NCBI GenBank assembly: GCA_046754465.1
Contig: JBHHVU010000029.1
Span: 1-38,420 of the forward strand
From: Nitrospinaceae bacterium
Lineage (GTDB): Bacteria > Nitrospinota > Nitrospinia > Nitrospinales > VA-1
Length of the DNA stretch: 38,420 bases
Direction of reading: 5' to 3'
The translations under genes were made by a program, and so were the position numbers. The notes beneath the pieces were generated by a model. It made no database searches. It saw only the letters and a program-made list of their open reading frames with translations, and was not told where the DNA came from. Of this stretch, positions 37,864-38,420 are shown one piece after another (position 1 is the stretch's first letter; each line of letters opens with the position of its first letter).

Positions 37864-38244
37864 ATGATGGGAATTGGGTTTCCAGAATTGATGATCATTT
37901 TGGTCATCATTATGATTATCTTTGGTGCGGGTAAATTGCCGGAGATCGGGAGCGCTTTCGGTCGCAGTATCAAAAACTTCAAAACGTCCATGAAGGAAGC
38001 GCAAGAAGAGGAGGAGGCTCAAGTCCAAACGGAAGGCCAGCCCGCGGCTCTCGAAGAGGGTGCCGAAAAATCTCCGGAGGATGAAAATTTGACCGACGAG
38101 GAAAAGGAAGCCCTGGCTCGCCAGAAGGCCCAGGAAGAAGGGGAAGCCAAGGACAAGGCCATGAAGGAAACCGCCGATGCGTTCACCTCGTCATTGCCTC
38201 GAAAAGGGTCCTACGACTTTAGCAAGGACCAGGAAAAAGGCTAA
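37864..38244 (+). CDS. tatA: Twin-arginine translocase TatA/E subunit with long acidic tail
   Basis: [46 protein letters not shown]. Confidence 0.93.
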   Translation: MMGIGFPELMIILVIIMIIFGAGKLPEIGSAFGRSIKNFKTSMKEAQEEEEAQVQTEGQPAALEEGAEKSPEDENLTDEEKEALARQKAQEEGEAKDKAMKETADAFTSSLPRKGSYDFSKDQEKG

Positions 38245-38253
38245 TCCCCTCCA

Positions 38254-38420
38254 CACCCCACCCCTCCACGAGAGGAGGGAATAGGTACAAACTTCATCGC
38301 CAGCCCACCTTGTCCGCCATATAACGCATGTCCATCTGGCAGCAGAGGCACTCCGCCCCGCCACGCGGGGGGGAGATAGGTCTAGGCATCATCGCCAGTC
38401 CACCTTGGTCTGCCATATAA
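38254..38420 (+). repeat. Degenerate tandem repeat with about 95-bp period, running off the window edge
   Basis: 38254-38324 vs 38349-38420 align at 56/72 positions by hand. Confidence 0.8.

Noticed and set aside
34..38332. Whole window as an integrated element flanked by 21-bp direct repeats
   Set aside because: Content is core housekeeping (mutL, tsaB, coaBC, rpe) with no integrase or transfer genes; a dispersed repeat is the simpler explanation
38254..38420. CRISPR array
   Set aside because: About 71-nt conserved part, 22% divergence, two units and no cas genes in the window

Overview
A 38.4-kb bacterial chromosomal segment of mostly housekeeping genes, moderately GC-rich with AT-rich intergenic stretches. 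The gene style suggests a Nitrospinota/deltaproteobacteria-like organism (inference only). It encodes CoA/pantothenate synthesis (panB-panC-panD, coaBC), a galT-glgA-GAF histidine kinase-receiver operon, mutL, rnd, tsaB, copA, apbE, a CBS-ClC transporter, rpe, tatA, an AhbD/NirJ-like radical SAM protein and several hypothetical proteins. No integrase, transposase, rRNA, tRNA or CRISPR array was seen. The most notable signals are non-coding. (1) An AT-rich CsoR/RcnR(NreA-like) repressor plus DUF3147-like membrane protein cassette, in which one perfect 14-bp inverted repeat appears to serve as operator and as both divergent sigma70 promoters. (2) A pan-RNA-like two-bulge hairpin whose apex is the stop codon of the upstream deoxynucleoside-kinase gene, followed by a terminator before panB. 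(3) Three co-varying hairpins at the 3' end of the radical SAM gene. (4) An unexplained repeat family present at both window ends.
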